A stretch of DNA of 64,000 nucleotides from Lama guanicoe. Lineage: Eukaryota. Location: the NCBI GenBank assembly GCA_013239625.1, contig MU054212.1:1922001-1986000 (forward strand), written 5' to 3'. The notes beneath the pieces are model-generated. The model searched no databases. It was not told where the DNA came from and saw nothing but the letters and a program-made list of their open reading frames with translations. The position numbers and the translations under genes were made by a program. Position 1 is the first letter of the stretch; every line of letters begins with the position of its first letter. Below, piece after piece: positions 63,176 through 64,000 of the stretch.

Positions 63176-63394
63176 CGGTTACAATTATATAAACGTGTAA
63201 GTGGTGGGGTTCTTTGAACCCGATGATTTAACTGAATTTATTTGGATTTCTTAAATTCCTCCTCATTCATCATTCCAAAAATATGTTTAAAAAAACAGAA
63301 TAAAATGCCACCATATTCTTTGTATTTTCAAAGGCACTAGCACAAGCTTATCTAGAGTATCGGGGAGTTTGGGAACTAAAAGGGACAAGTGAGT

Positions 63395-63495
63395 ATTTCA
63401 ATTTCCTCATTACAGATAATCAAAGTGGGGTCCAGAGAGATGAAGTGTCCTTGTCGGTGACTCACAGAAAGCTAGCAAGCCTGGAACTCCAGGTC
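63395..63495 (-). mobile_element. MIR fragment
   Basis: 'cctcattacagataatcaaagtggggtccagagagatgaagtgtccttgtc...cacagaaagctag...ctggaactccagg'. Confidence 0.6.
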
Positions 63496-64000
63496 ACCAT
63501 GAACACACCCACATTTATGTGGTGGAGGGGGGCGCACAATTACAAAAAGGAATTGGTAACTTTCGCCATGCTATCTAGCCATCCTGCTTGAAACTTACTG
63601 GGGCTCCTGGGACTACCGGATGGCCTCCAGGGCGCCACCTCTCCATCGCTAGTTCTCTCTACTACCCACTGCCTTCGTTGGGGTTCTCATTTCTCAGTGC
63701 CTACTTTTAGCATAAAGTTCGCTGCATTATATTCAAGGCATCTATTCACACTACATTCTAAGGCTTCCTGTCACTTAAGGAATGATGTCTTACTTCCCCT
63801 CTACAACCCCAGCAGCCAGCACGCTGCCGGACTCCGAGCACTGATGAAGGAGGAGCTGAACCACACAGAAGTGAACTGGTTTGGGCTTTTTACAAGTACC
63901 CTCAAGAATAAATGTTTTTCGGAGAAATTCACTAACGGGAACCAGATACCTCAACCAGACATGCTGCCACCAAAATACCTAAATTCTGCGCCATACAACC

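Overview
This is mammalian, apparently non-coding genomic DNA with no prokaryotic features. I found no protein-coding exon, tRNA, rRNA or recognisable miRNA that I can support, and the short six-frame ORFs look like chance ORFs. One young 5'-truncated LINE-1 (30819-31590, perfect 16-bp target-site duplication) has a 3' UTR of the cetartiodactyl type. I saw no Alu, B1/B2, Bov-A/tA, PRE-1 or CHR-2 SINEs, which points tentatively to a camelid-like genome (inference). The other repeats are old eutherian MIR, L2, L3/CR1 and L1M fragments plus microsatellites, all identified by eye, so boundaries are approximate. The window has several AT-rich, homeodomain-motif-dense blocks that look like conserved enhancers (strongest 34090-34480), a small CpG island (34770-35045) and a ~15 kb stretch with no recognisable transposon. 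It most plausibly lies in a very large intron, probably of a minus-strand gene, or in a regulatory desert near a developmental gene; I cannot name the gene. The most notable unexplained structures are a 98-bp non-tandem duplication (45839/47287), a cluster of five hairpins including one that buries an AATAAA (61551-61749), the CpG island with five GCACGC copies next to the putative enhancer, a poly(A)-only retrotransposition scar (2998-3043) and a candidate 57-nt ultra-short intron (49676-49732). I do not see convincing evidence for a new biological system; these are leads.
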